From contig NC_043000.1 of assembly GCF_006345805.1 (NCBI RefSeq), positions 24,366,001 to 24,430,000 on the forward strand: DNA of 64,000 bases, read 5' to 3'. The notes beneath the pieces were generated by a model, which saw nothing but the letters and a program-made list of their open reading frames with translations, did no database searches and was not told where the DNA came from. Made by a program: the position numbers and the translations under genes. How positions within the stretch are numbered: position 1 is the stretch's first letter; every line of letters starts with the position of its first letter. Shown here piece after piece: positions 37,558 through 50,914 of the stretch. The DNA is from Octopus sinensis. Its lineage: Eukaryota.

Positions 37558-38204
37558 TAAGTGGTTCAAGTGTTCAGCAGGTTATCATAAAGTCATGGGT
37601 TCAAATCTTGAACCAGATGGCATGTTGTGTTTTGGAGCAAGGCACTTCACTTCACATTGCTCCATTCTATCTAGCCTGAAGAGAAAAGCAGCCAAGTGCT
37701 GATGCAGCTCACTTTCTTTGTTTCTGTTTGTCTGTTTTTCTCTCTCTCTCTCATCTTGGATGTCACTGAGTCAAGGGCATGTCTATCTCTGCTCACAACT
37801 ACATTGGGTGACAGCTGGCTCTTTAGGTGTCATTAGCAAGCCATTATCATAAAAGTAGTAAAAAAAAAACATAAAAGAAAAACGTATATATAAACAGAAT
37901 TTCCCTAAATTAAAATAATAATTGAGAATATGTGAAAGAATGAATTTTACAGTGTTCCCTTCTAAAGATTAAAAAAAAAAACAGCATTAAATTTACATCG
38001 GGAATTAAATATTTTCTGTAGGAATTTCCTCTCAAACTCTACTTTCAAAATAATGAAACTATATCACCAGATGTTTACGAATAGAAATGATATGTGAAAC
38101 CCTTTGCTCCAGTGATTCTTAACCATTTTTGTCCCCTAAGGACACTTTGATCCCTATTTCACTCTACTGTACTCTCAAGGCTATTTGATGTTTAAAAGGA
38201 GGAA

Positions 38205-38330
38205 TTACAACCGTGTTTCGTGGTCTGCTACCACAACAGCTCCTTTATAGGATCCAGTTAGCTCAAGACATCATCAGGAGGAACCATGTCCGGTTTTGAC
38301 CCCCCTTTCGGAGGTGTCTTCAGCTCTGGT
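38205..38330 (-). ncRNA. Two tandem degenerate hammerhead-like motifs (Penelope-like terminal repeat)
   Basis: Minus strand: CTGAAGA-cacctcc-gaaa-ggggggtc-AAAA-ccggac, then CTGATGA-tgtct...agacca-c-GAAA-cacggt. Confidence 0.45.
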
Positions 38331-39164
38331 GTTGGGCTGCATGTCTTCTTTCTTCTGTTCCCTGACCTCTTAGATGTAGTGTCAACGTGTGTCAGCGGGC
38401 GACTGACTAACTTGTCAAATTTTTTCCCTTTAAATACCTGCCGCTAGGCTCCAGCAGGCAGCCCCAGCAAGTTGTCACATGACACTGTCTCAACTTTAAC
38501 TGACCAATGAAGGCACGTAGTCTTAGCCCACGCATTCTCTAAACGACCGTCACCTGTCAGTCAGCGACGCTGATTCAGTGTCAGCTTGTCTCATCTAGTG
38601 ATGTTATTTCCCGCTGGCATGTTATGACTTTCAAGTCATTTTTGGTCTTCCTGCTTCAGCCATAATACACTTTTAGAATTAAATATTATTAGAATTGCAT
38701 TAAAAAAAAATTGTTACAATATAATGCACTTGTCATGGCATTCATACAGAATGGATCGAGGTGGCTCTGACATTTTCGAAGTTTCAGTGGAAATACAAGT
38801 TCACATGTGGTTCCAGTCACATGTATACACACTTTGGGATAGTGTGATTTGTGGCAGTTCATCTTGTTGTCAATTGTTGACCATTACAGATGATCATGAG
38901 CAGAAGTAGTTGGAGAACATCATAGCCATGTGTTAGGAATTCTTTAGGGTTTAAGTAACTCACCTCTTGTAACATGGGTGGTTCGTTCAACATCCTTAAA
39001 CAAACCTTATTCAAGGACTTTTTGATCGGGATGGGCTACTCAACCTAAAGATAATTCTAACTGGGCCCCACTGCAAGGGCATGCACTATTTATCTTGATA
39101 TGAGATCACCATGTCGTGCACATACAGTTGTGATGCATATGCCTGGTGTACCCTTATCAAATGT

Positions 39165-39348
39165 GTATATTTCTTTACTACCCACAAGGGGCTAAACATA
39201 GAGGGGACAGACAAACGGATTAAGTCGATTACATTGACCCCAGTGCGAAACTGGTACTTTATTTATCGACCCCGAAAGGATGAAAGGCAAAGTCGACCTC
39301 ACTAAGCATTTCGCCCGGTGCACTAACACTTCTGCCAGCTCACCGCCT
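39165..39348 (-). mobile_element. SINE family B monomer with tail type 1 and an internal deletion
   Basis: tttctttactacccacaagggg...atcgaccccgaaaggatgaaaggcaaagtcgacctc joined directly to actaagcatttcgccc. Confidence 0.85.
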
Positions 39349-40796
39349 TATCAAATGTGTAGTGATGATGGGTATGCTGGGCTTTGTAAATTTTACCCCG
39401 TGTCACTTTGGTGGCATGCACTGCTCTCTCACTCAATAATAATAATAACGATAATTTGTAATGGAGGTACAGGGCCAGCCAATTTGAGGGGCAAGGGGGT
39501 TAACTAGTGGCATCAAACTCAGTATTTAACCAGCATTTTATCATATTCACCTTGAAAGGATGAAAGACAAAGTTGATATTGTAGGAGATTTGAACACAAT
39601 ATAAAGAGCCAGAACAAATACCACAAGGTATTTATCTAAAACTAATGATTCTGTCAATCCACCTTCTTAAAAGCCAATTCTTTGAATGAGGATTTCTTTT
39701 CTTGTCACAGGGAGCAATAACGTGAGTGGTGATGGGGCATTACTTTGACAAATTACGAAAGAGGTGGAGGCGGGGAGAGTCACAGTGAGATAAAAGGGTT
39801 AAGACCAATATGTGAAAGGGAAAGGGTGTGGTTGACTGAATTTACCCTAGTATATGACAGCTGTTTATTTGACGGATACTAAATGGACAAAAGGACAGAA
39901 TTGGACCGTCAAAGTTAACCTTAGACAGTAAAAGGGCAATGAACATTGTAAAGTATTTATTAAGATATGTTAACATTTTATCCTACATTTGGCTGCCCTA
40001 GAAATAACAGTAATATTGATGATGATGATGGTGTAGCCTGTATCAATGCTACAAAGAATTAATACTAATGCCCCAAGAGACTAAATTAATGTTATATACA
40101 TATTGAAATTTGGTCCTATTGCTTCTGATATATTTCCATCTGTTTTTCATTTTCCCATTTCTCTACTGCTGTGGTATGATTTCAGCAGGTATACTTTATA
40201 ATTTCATTCCCTCATGTCTTAATTACTAATTTACCGAGTCACAATTTTTACAGTCCTAAGCAAAGTTTTCTTCTATTATTATCATTAATTGATTCAAATT
40301 TCTCGTATATCACAACTCAAGCATTTCAACATCTCCCTGACCTTAATTTCTCTTTCCATTTTAAACAAAAACACATTCAATCTTGCTTGGTTTCTTTTTA
40401 TGCAAAAACACCCCACCAACAAAAATATCAACAGAAACACCATCACAATTCCATTAACCATATCCATTTGTCTTCTAATTACTTCTAACTTAAGTTTTCT
40501 TGCTCACTAAAGAACTCCACCAATATTTCTTCTCTTATAGAATTACTTTTTAATTATATAATTCAGAGACGCCATCCATATGAAAAATAATAGTTTAGTG
40601 GGTGTTAGCAAATTTAAGGCAAGGAGCATTAACCATCTTAAACTAGATATAAATATCTGATGAAGGAAAAGATATTAGTCAATGACTAATAACACACACA
40701 CACACGGCAAGTACAGAAAATATCTCCTGGTATATATTTTGACTTCCTCAACCAAACGATATAACTTCTCTGTGGTTTCTATAAATAATTAATAAA

Positions 40797-41039
40797 TGCG
40801 CCCTTTTAAAGCCTAGCCAGGCTCATGGGCCCAGTTTCCCAGTTTCAATGGCGTATGTATTCCCCAGCTGGACGGGACGCCAGTCAATCGCAGCGTTACT
40901 CATTTTTGCCAGCTGAGTGGACTGGAGCAACGTGAAATGAAGTGTTTTGCTCAAGAGCACAACGCGTCGCCCGGTCCAAGAACCGAAACTACAATCTTAC
41001 GATCATGATGCTAACACCCTAACCACTAAGCCACGCGCC
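40797..41039 (-). mobile_element. SINE family D head with an alternative 3' half
   Basis: Same head and core as 37231 up to cagctggcaaaaatgagt, then aacgctgcgattgactggcgtcccgtccagctgggg. Confidence 0.85.
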
Positions 41040-41924
41040 GTCTGAATTAGTAGTGAACGAATCACTAAGTAAATATTCAAAATTATATATTTACTGCTGT
41101 GGAAAAATAGAATTATTATGAAATAAATTTAGAGATATTATTCATTGCTGTCTTGGTGCTGCTAAATATGCTTTCTTTAAAGTTTCCTTATTCCTTTGAG
41201 CATCTTGATTTCTAGAATAGGTGTTCAATATTGATAATTGTCATAAAAGATGACTGAAGAGGCTGGCATCTGGAAAGACATCCAACTGTAAAACACTTTC
41301 TCCAAAACTTCCATCAAACCCATGCAGGTAGGAAAAGGAGGATATAAAAACGATGATGATGGTGATTCCTAATTCAAGAAAATGTCCACAGTCTATGAAC
41401 TGAGGTCTTACTGATTTGGGAAATGTTTAAAATAATATTAAAGTTTTCAGGATTTATTGAAAACAAGTTAAGGAATGAATGATAGAAGGAAACCCCATCC
41501 ATTATTCAACCAAATGAAGAAGTGTCTATGTCAGTGGTTCTTAACTATGGCTTCCAGAGCTGTATGTGGCCCTCAAGCATTCTTTCAGCAGCCCCTGATG
41601 GCCTTCCCACAATATATATTATAATTTTTTATTTAATTAACTTATGCTTTACTTTTGTTGGTGCTGTCCCCTAAAAAAATCCAGATTTGGGATTTTGTGT
41701 GAGAACCCTTATTCTGTGTGGCTGCTCAAACTAGAATAAATAGCAGAAAAATCTCCCTCAAATCATATCCTCTCATATTAACAAAAGAAAATACATTAAC
41801 TATGTAGTCACAGATACCCCTAAAAAAAGACAGGATAGTCACTATTGGAATGTCTCTGATCATAGGTCCACTCAGAGTTGATGTAGAGCTAAACAGTACT
41901 AATAAGGTTCAATGCTAATAAAGG

Positions 41925-43030
41925 TTTCAAATTTTGGGGCAAGACAAGCTATTCTGGGGGGGAATCAATTACATTGACCCAAGTGCTCAACTGGGCTTTT
42001 TTTTAAATCAATCCTGAAAGGATGAAAGGCAAAGCTGACCAAGGCAGGATTTGAACTTAGAACATGGAAGAAATGTCACTAAGCATTTTGTCAGATATTC
42101 TAATGATTCTGCTAGCTTACTGCCAATAATGATGATGATGTCAGTTTGGCACAAGGCCAGCAATTTGGAGGAGGAGATAAGTTGATAACATCGACCCCAT
42201 TATTTCACTGGTATTTATTTCATCAACCCCAAAAGGATGAACGGCAAAGTCAACCTCAGCAGAATTTAAACGCAAAACAATAAAAATGGACAAAATGCAT
42301 CACAAGGCCAATAAGTGCAGAGGAGGCGGTGGGGCTAGTGAATTACGTTGACCCCCCGCCCCAGTATACAACTGGTACTTTGTTTATTGATCCTGATAGG
42401 ACTGGAAGGCAGAGTTGACTTTGGTGGAATTTGAACTCAAAGCATTTTGCTCAGTGTGCCAACAACACTGCCAACTCACCGCCTTAATAATAGTAGTAAA
42501 ATTCCATTATCCTACAAGTATAATGAAATGCTAACAGACTCACATATTGTCTAGTGTAATTAAGCAACGTTAATTAGTAGTCAAAGATTAAAGATCATAA
42601 ATTGAAGGGATTAAGTAAGATGTTTTACTTCAGTAATCTACTTTGCTCTGGAAATGGATCAAGACAGTATAGGAGTTTTAAGACGTGCATTATTATTATT
42701 GGTGTTGTTTCTGTTGTCATTCTATTATTATTATTATTATCATTATTGTTGTTGTTGTTATTATTGATACTGTTATACTTATTAAAGTTAATCATTGTTG
42801 TTTTCTTGTTGTTACTGTTATTCTTTTCTACAAGGCCTGAAGTTTTGTGGGAGGGTGTCAGTTGATTACATCGACTCCAGTACACAATTGGTACTTAATT
42901 TATTGACCCCCGAAAGTATGAAAGGCAAAGTCGACCTCAGTGGAATTTGAACTCAGAATGTAAAGACAGACGAAATACCGCTAAGCATTTCGCCTGATGT
43001 GCTAACATTTCTGCCAGCTCACCACCGCCT
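41925..43030 (-). mobile_element. Cluster of four SINE family B copies with (TTA)/(TTG)n
   Basis: Cores near 42020, 42235, 42410 and 42915. Confidence 0.78.
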
Positions 43031-43067
43031 TGTTTTTATTGTTATTGTAATTGTTATAAGGTAGTGA

Positions 43068-43252
43068 GCTTATTTTGTCAAATGTAATCCTTATTTATTT
43101 TGAATTAATCATACATTGTCTTGTAGCTTGGAGATTTTGATGATGAGGTTGTTGATCTTTAGAATGTAGGTGTGAGAGGCTGGATCTGGCCAGTTTGAAC
43201 ACAAGACAGGTAGACTATTTGGGCCACATAGGCCAGTTTAAACCCTAAAGGG
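43068..43252 (-). mobile_element. piggyBac-type MITE, family P2, partial
   Basis: Ends ggccagtttaaaccctaaaggg|ttaa; reverse-complement similarity to 59580. Confidence 0.65.
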
Positions 43253-43454
43253 TTAATACCTAAATACTTTGTGAAGTGAGAAGTGTTAGCTGTCTCAACT
43301 GATTGAATCTAACATATGAAGAAAATGATATAAGTTTAGAGACAGAAGTGCTATCTCTGTTGGCAACAAAAAGATTCCGTCATTGGAGAGAAGGCAAAGA
43401 CTAAGTGATACATATGTCAGAAGTTTGATTCTGTATGGCAGACAAATTGCAGTT

Positions 43455-43471
43455 TATATATATGTATATAT

Positions 43472-43507
<36 letters not shown>

Positions 43508-43512
43508 ATACA

Positions 43513-43559
<47 letters not shown>

Positions 43560-43622
43560 CACACACACACACACATATATACACACATATATACGCACAC
43601 ATATATATACACATACATACAT

Positions 43623-43689
<67 letters not shown>

Positions 43690-43690
43690 T

Positions 43691-43735
<45 letters not shown>
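43455..43735. repeat. Compound (TA)n-(CA)n-(TA)n-(GA)n microsatellite
   Basis: Direct reading. Confidence 0.95.
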
Positions 43736-43738
<3 letters not shown>

Positions 43739-45142
43739 TGTGAGTGCAAGTCAGCCATAAAAGATTGGGAATCACAGGAACTGGCAAACGGTGTGTCAGA
43801 GAATATTGACATATTTCATATATATTGAATAGTGAAATATTGAACATAATAAACAAAACAGATCATGTCAAAATTCTTTTTCCAGAAATTTCCTAGTTCA
43901 CTCACTGAATCATTATGATTTATTTGGTCCAGGTTTCCATTGTGTTTTCGAGGAATGACCTCTGCGTACACAACTTATATAACATCTTTTGATCAAGGAA
44001 CTTATTTTAAAATGACACTAATTTTTTGTGAAAGTCAAATAACAAATTAAAATATCAGCATGGTAGATATATTTTGTTTTATCTCAAGTAATCAGTCACT
44101 TGATTTATTGTGGCATATTTGGAATTTCAGAGGTATTGTTTCAATTGCTACGGATTACAATCTTTAACACAATCAACAGTGTTGCTGTTGTTGTTGTTTC
44201 TATTATAAATCTCTTGTTTTCCTCATCGCGGAAGCATTTCCATAAAAATACAACTTGCATTGTAAATGTTAATACGCTTCATTGAACCAATCTTAAAAAA
44301 ATAGCAGTGGCGTATGTCATCTCATTTTTTTTTTTTTATTCATATTTAGTTTCTGAAATTCTATGTTTTACTTTATTTATTTCTTTGTTGTTGCTTTGAA
44401 AGAAAAAAAAAGAAAAACACACACACACACACCACATGCACACAGAACAGTACTTCACTCCTGCAACAATCTCTAACAAAAGGTGCCAATGTGCTGCTTT
44501 GACAATGTCTATTCAGAGCCAACAATCACAGACATTATACCTCTCTTGTCCAATTTAACAGCAACAACAACAACAGCAATATTATAGAAATGAAAATACC
44601 AATGTTTCTTTTCTCTATTGTTTTGTTTCCTAATTGTTTTTTTCTTTTCTTGTTTTGTTGTAACAGTTGAAGCATTTAAAAGTAAAAAAAGGAAACGATT
44701 CAACAATGTTGGATTGTTGGAAAGCTACGGAACTCGAGTTTGTGTTTCCCTGCCTTACTCAATCATTTGGTTAACCAGGCCCACTCCATACACAATCAAA
44801 TACTTGAAGAGTTTTCGGTTCGCATGCTTGCTTATTTATTTATTTATTGCATAGGCATAATTATTCCAAAGCCCCTACTTGTTCTTGGTCGGCTACACAA
44901 TGGCAATTAGTCACTTATTTTAATAAATAACGGCAAAGTGGTTGGTTGAGACCGAAAAAAGTACATTGAAAAACACAACAAATGTTTTCTCGGCAAAACC
45001 AAATTCGTTTCCAGTAATTCCTCACAATCCGATTAAATGGAAATATAACCAAATATCATTTGATTGTTGTCGATTCACACACACACACACACACACAATG
45101 GTTTGGCAAATACTCAATATATGACTGATTGACTGACATAGC

Positions 45143-45312
45143 TAATAATAATAATAATAATAATAATGACAATAATAATAATAATAACAATAATAATAAT
45201 AATAACAATAACAATAATAACAATAATAATAATAACAATAATAATAATAACAATAATAACAATAATAATAATAATAATAATGATAATAATAATAAAAATG
45301 ATAATAATAATA
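45143..45312. repeat. (AAT)n/(AAC) microsatellite, about 170 bp
   Basis: Direct reading. Confidence 0.95.
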
Positions 45313-45857
45313 GATTTGATTTCATTCTGATTCCAAACACCAATCACCGACTCACTTGAGTGCAGATCCTATTAATTTCTAGCAATATTTGGACTTCAGA
45401 ATCATTCTTGTAATAATTAGCATTGTCACCTCCACCACCACCTTGCTACTACTACCACAACCATTCTACTACTGCCGCCACCACGACGGTTATGACTCAC
45501 AAATAACCAAAGAAAACGTTGGAAGAAAGAGTTATATAAATAATAAAAAAACCTTAGCAAATAAACAGATTGAATAAAAGGTAGAATTTCTTTGAGGTAA
45601 AGAGAGAAATCCTGATGTAATTGGTTCCATTTTGGTTTCCATTCCTTTCTCCTTTTTGCAACATTTTATCACAGAGAAACCGAACCGATATCCATGAGTG
45701 CTGAATCTATATTTAGACTCTTACTAATCTTTAATGTTCAATATTTATGACGAGAAGACGGGGGTGGGTGGGGAGGAGTTTGTTTGTTTATGTAGTCACC
45801 ATGCTTGGGTGAGTGTTGTGCAAACATCTTGTGTAAAATAAGGAAACAAAAGAAATT

Positions 45858-46290
45858 GATGATGACGGTGATGATGGTAGTGACAATGCTGATGATGACG
45901 GTGATGACGATGACAACATTGATTACAATGAAGATGCAGATGATGATGTTGATGAATGTTTCAGTGATATGTTGCTAAGTATCACCAATGATGATGATGG
46001 TGATAATGATGACGACAATGATGATGATGTGTTGCTGAGTATCGCCAATTGGTTGATGTTGTTGGTGCTGTTGATGATGATGATGATGATGATGCTACTG
46101 CTTGTGATGATGACGATGATGACAATAATGATGAAGATGATAATGATGCTGACGATGATGATGATGTGTTGCTAAGTATCACCAATTCGTTGATGTTGTT
46201 GGTGCTGTTGATGATGATGCTGCTACTGCTTGTGATGATGATGATGACAATAATTATGATGATGATGATGATGTGTTGCTAAATATCCCC
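45858..46290. repeat. (GAT)n-based minisatellite with a repeated unique spacer
   Basis: tgttgctaagtatcaccaat or a close variant occurs four times (about 45970, 46030, 46167, 46272). Confidence 0.85.
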
Positions 46291-46604
46291 AACTGGTTGT
46301 TGTTGTTATTGTTATATGAACTGACTGTTGATTATAATTCACTGATTAGTAATAGTTGCTCTCCTTGTTGTTATTGATCGATTCATTGATAAATTGCTAA
46401 TGACGGATATAGATGCTGTTGGTTATTAATAATAACAGATCAGCTGCTATTGTTGATATTCTTGCAGTTAGTTAATATGATATAAATTCTTCTGCACCTC
46501 AGGATTTTTTGCTAATAGATGGTATTTAATGTTGGCTTTATGGGAGTGGATGGAAGTAAATGAGGGACGAAGCTACCCCTACCAGTCATTCCGTTTCACT
46601 CTTT

Positions 46605-47365
46605 TTTGTTCTTTTACTTGTTTCAGTCATTTGACTGTGGCCATGCTGGAGCACCGCCTCTAGTCAAGCAAATCGACCCCAGGACTTATTCTTTGTAAGC
46701 CTAGTACTTATTCTATCGGTCTCTTTTGCTGAACTACTAAGTTATGGGGATGTAAACACACCAGCATCGGTTGTCAAGCAATGTCGGGGGGACAAACATA
46801 GACACACAAACATATACACACACCTGCATATATATATATCTATACAACGGGCTTCTTTCAGTTTCTGTCTACCAAATCCAGTCACAAGGCTTTGGTCAGC
46901 CTGAGGCTATAGTAGAAGACATTTGCCCAAGGTGCCATGCAGTGGGACTGAACCCGGAACCATGTGGTTGATAAGCAAGCTAATTACCATACAGCCACTC
47001 CTGATGAAGATGACAACATATGCCTTGAAAATGTTTTAATCAAATGAATCAACCTCAGGACTGATTTTTTTTTTAAAGTCTGGTACTTATTTTATTGGTC
47101 TCTTTTTGCTGAACCACTAAATTACAAGGATGTAAACACACCAACACCAGTTGTCAAGCAGTAACAGGGTACAAACATAGACACAAACTCACACACATAT
47201 ACACAGGATGGGCTTCTTTCGGTTTCTGTCTACCAAATTCACTTACAAGGATTTGGTTGGCCTGAGGCTATAGTTAGTAGAAGACACTTGCCCAAGATGC
47301 CACTCAGTGGGACTGAACCCAGGACCATGTGTTTGGGAAGCAAACTTCTTACTGTACAGCCACAC
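46605..47365 (-). mobile_element. Two tandem SINE family A copies
   Basis: Full copy 46605-47001 and a second copy at about 47020-47365. Confidence 0.88.
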
Positions 47366-47430
47366 AGAAACAAAGTAGAATGGAGTTTACAATCTTAAAC
47401 TACAACAAAACACCTACACCGGTATAGTAA

Positions 47431-47880
47431 CCCTTTCTTTACCAACCCGGCTGAAACCGGCTCTGTGAGAACAAATGTCTTGTTTTCATAAGTTTTGAAT
47501 TAAAATCTTCCACCAAACCTTAGTCACAATTTATTTCTAACACTAACTGAATGATAACCAAGTTATTTTACTAAATTTTTTGTTATATTTAAAATTAATT
47601 GAAAGAAAAACAGAGCATCTCAACAAAAATATGGTAACAAAAGGGTTAACAAATGTTTAATTTAACCATTTTGATACCAGCCTGGCTGAAACCAGCATGG
47701 CTCTGAGAACAAATGTCTTGTTTTCATAAGTTTTGAATTAAAATCTTCCATAAAACCTTAGCCACAATTTATGTTCCTAACACCAGCTAAATGGTAACTA
47801 AGTTATTTTACTAAATTCTTTGTTATATTTAAAGTAATTAAAAGAAACATAGAGCATCTCAAGATAAATACAGTAACGAG
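47431..47880 (+). mobile_element. Tandem pair of piggyBac-type MITEs, family P1
   Basis: gtaa|ccctttc...aaaaggg|ttaa (47431-47645), then ttaa|ccattttgatacca... (47666 to about 47880, right end truncated). Confidence 0.82.
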
Positions 47881-48574
47881 CACACTGAACTGTTGTTGAG
47901 GGGTAATAAGATATAATGAAAATATTGACTCAATGACAAACAATTAATACAGAAGAGAAAAAAAAAACAATAAAAAATCAAATTAAAATATTTAAAAAAG
48001 AACAAAATAAAAACTCACTGACCTGGAAGAGTTCACACCATCTTAAAATACAACACTTGTTATTTCTAATATATAGCCACATCATACAAAACTGTGTATA
48101 ACACCCATTAATGAACCCAAAACAGGTGTTTTGCAAGCGAAGTCCCTAGTGATATTTGTTCAGTACCTGAGTTAAGATATTCTCTTGTTAACCTCACTTC
48201 CAAAAATGCAATAAACCAATGATTGGTTTGTAGGAAACTTGTAATCACTGATGCTATTTTTCACCGATTGTAATATAAAGTAAATATATATAATATGAGT
48301 TGTAGATATCTGGTGTTTTTTTTTTAAAGTTATTGTTCTCAACTTCATTGCTCTTTGGGTTTTGCTGGTCTGATCTATCAGAATCTAAGAAAATTCTATA
48401 AATAAGTTAACTCATTAAAAGAACATTCCATACCATTATTCCTTAAGGAGAAAAAGAATAAAAATAAAGTGAAAATAAGTAAAATAAATAAATCAAAAAG
48501 AAAGAAGTTCTGAATTTATATTCATGAGAGAAACTTTAAACTTCAAGAATAAATCTCCACAAAGCTTTTACATT

Positions 48575-48582
48575 ATTTATAT

Positions 48583-48636
<54 letters not shown>

Positions 48637-48667
48637 ATATATATATATATACTATATATATCTATAC

Positions 48668-48699
<32 letters not shown>

Positions 48700-48716
48700 T
48701 GCATATATATATATGC

Positions 48717-48779
<63 letters not shown>

Positions 48780-49423
48780 ATCTATATATATATATATATA
48801 TTATAATATATATATATGCATATATATATATATGCATATATATATATATGCATATATATATATATGCATATATATATATATAATATATATATATATGCAT
48901 ATATTATATATATATATATATCTATATATGCATAGCTATATATATATCTATATATATATATAGAAAGAATATATATATGGCATATTATATATATGCATAT
49001 ATCTATGCCATATCTATCTAATATATATATATATATATATGGCATATATATATATATGCATCTATATAGGCATATATATATATATGATATATATAGCATA
49101 TATATATCTATATCTATATATATGCTATATATATGCATATATATTATAATATCTATATATATATATGCTATATTAAGCTTATATATATATATATATGATA
49201 TTATATATATATTATATATATTAATGCATATATATATATATGCATATTATATATATCGAAATAAAATATAGGCCTATAGATAATATCTCATATATATATT
49301 ATACTAGATATATAGATATATATGCATATCCTAGATATATATAATATCTATATGCATATATATATCGATGGCATATATATATATATGCAAAGATATATAT
49401 AGATATATATATATATAGATATA

Positions 49424-49463
<40 letters not shown>

Positions 49464-49847
49464 TAGATATATATGCATATATATTAATGCATATATATAT
49501 CTATATAATATTATATATATATATATATATAGATAGATCTATATTGATAATATATGCCGAAATATAGAATTATATATATATGCACTATATATATAATGAT
49601 ATATATAGATATATATGCATATATTATATAAATAATATATCATCTAGCCTGCAATATTAATTATATATCTATATATATGCATATATATATTATTATATGC
49701 ATATATATATAGATATATGCATATATATATCTATATATATTATATATCTATATATATATATGCATATATATATGCATATATATATATATAATATATGCAT
49801 ATATATATATATATATATGCTATGCATATATATATATATATATATGC

Positions 49848-49878
<31 letters not shown>

Positions 49879-50024
49879 GCATATATATATATATTATATA
49901 TGCATATATATATTATATATATATGCATATATATATATATATATATATATATGCATATATATATATAGTATATATATATATATATGCAATATATATATAT
50001 ATGATATAATGCATATATTATATA

Positions 50025-50074
<50 letters not shown>

Positions 50075-50305
50075 TATTATATATATATATATATAGCATA
50101 TATATGCATATATATATATATATATATATATATGCCATATATATGCATATATATATATATAATATATATATATGCATATATATATATATGCATATATACA
50201 ATATATATATATATATATATATATATGCATATATATGCATATATATATATATATATATATAATATATATGATATATATGCAATATATATATATATGCATA
50301 TAAAT
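48575..50305. repeat. About 1.7-kb degenerate (TA)n tract with recurrent TGCA interruptions
   Basis: Direct reading; all long YI/IY ORFs here are artefacts. Confidence 0.95.
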
Positions 50306-50314
50306 AAGAATCAT

Positions 50315-50640
50315 TATCATCATCGTTGTCGTTTAACGTCTGCTTTCGATGCTGGAATGGGTTGGACGGTTTGAGTGGGGGCTGGCAAGCCAGAAGGCTG
50401 TGCCAGGCTCCAATCTGATCTGGCAATGATTCGACAGCTGGATGCCCTTCCTAATGCCAACCACTCCAAGAGTATAGTGGGTACTTTTTATGTGCCACCA
50501 GCATGAGGGCCAGTCAGGTGGTATTGGCATCGAGCATGCTTGAATGGTGCTTTTTATGTGCCACAAACACGGGAGCCAGTCAGGCGGCACTGGCAACGAC
50601 CATGCTCGAATGATGCTTTTTACATGCCAACAGCACAGGA
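50315..50640 (-). mobile_element. Family C element with two to three hairpin units
   Basis: catcatcatcgttgtcgtttaacgtc...gatgcccttcctaatgccaacc...gccagtcaggtggtattggc...gccagtcaggcggcactggc. Confidence 0.85.
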
Positions 50641-50914
50641 CCAGTAATTTGTGTATAGTGGGGGTGATATGTAAATATCTATACACACACAGACATGTGC
50701 GTGTGTGTGTATTACATTTATTAAACATCCACAATGAAAAGATCAATGACTTCAAAGCTTTGGCTTCTTCACTTTCAGCTTCATCAAGTGAACAAGGCAA
50801 CCAAATTGAAAAATTTAACAAATATGTACTCAACTAAAATGTATTGGGTAATCCTATAACTTAATGTTAAATTGTTTTGTATGTAACTTGGCATAAAAGC
50901 AGACACACACACAC

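Noticed and set aside
41531-41720. cagtggttcttaac start resembling a hAT MITE (also at 38110)
   Set aside because: The matching right terminus and 8-bp duplication could not be identified with confidence.
48594-50426. Long ORFs (up to 228 aa) of Y/I/M/H
   Set aside because: Translations of (TA)n, which lacks stops in some frames; the same applies to ORFs at 4207-4556, 43401-43856, 45056-46282 and 54023-54356.
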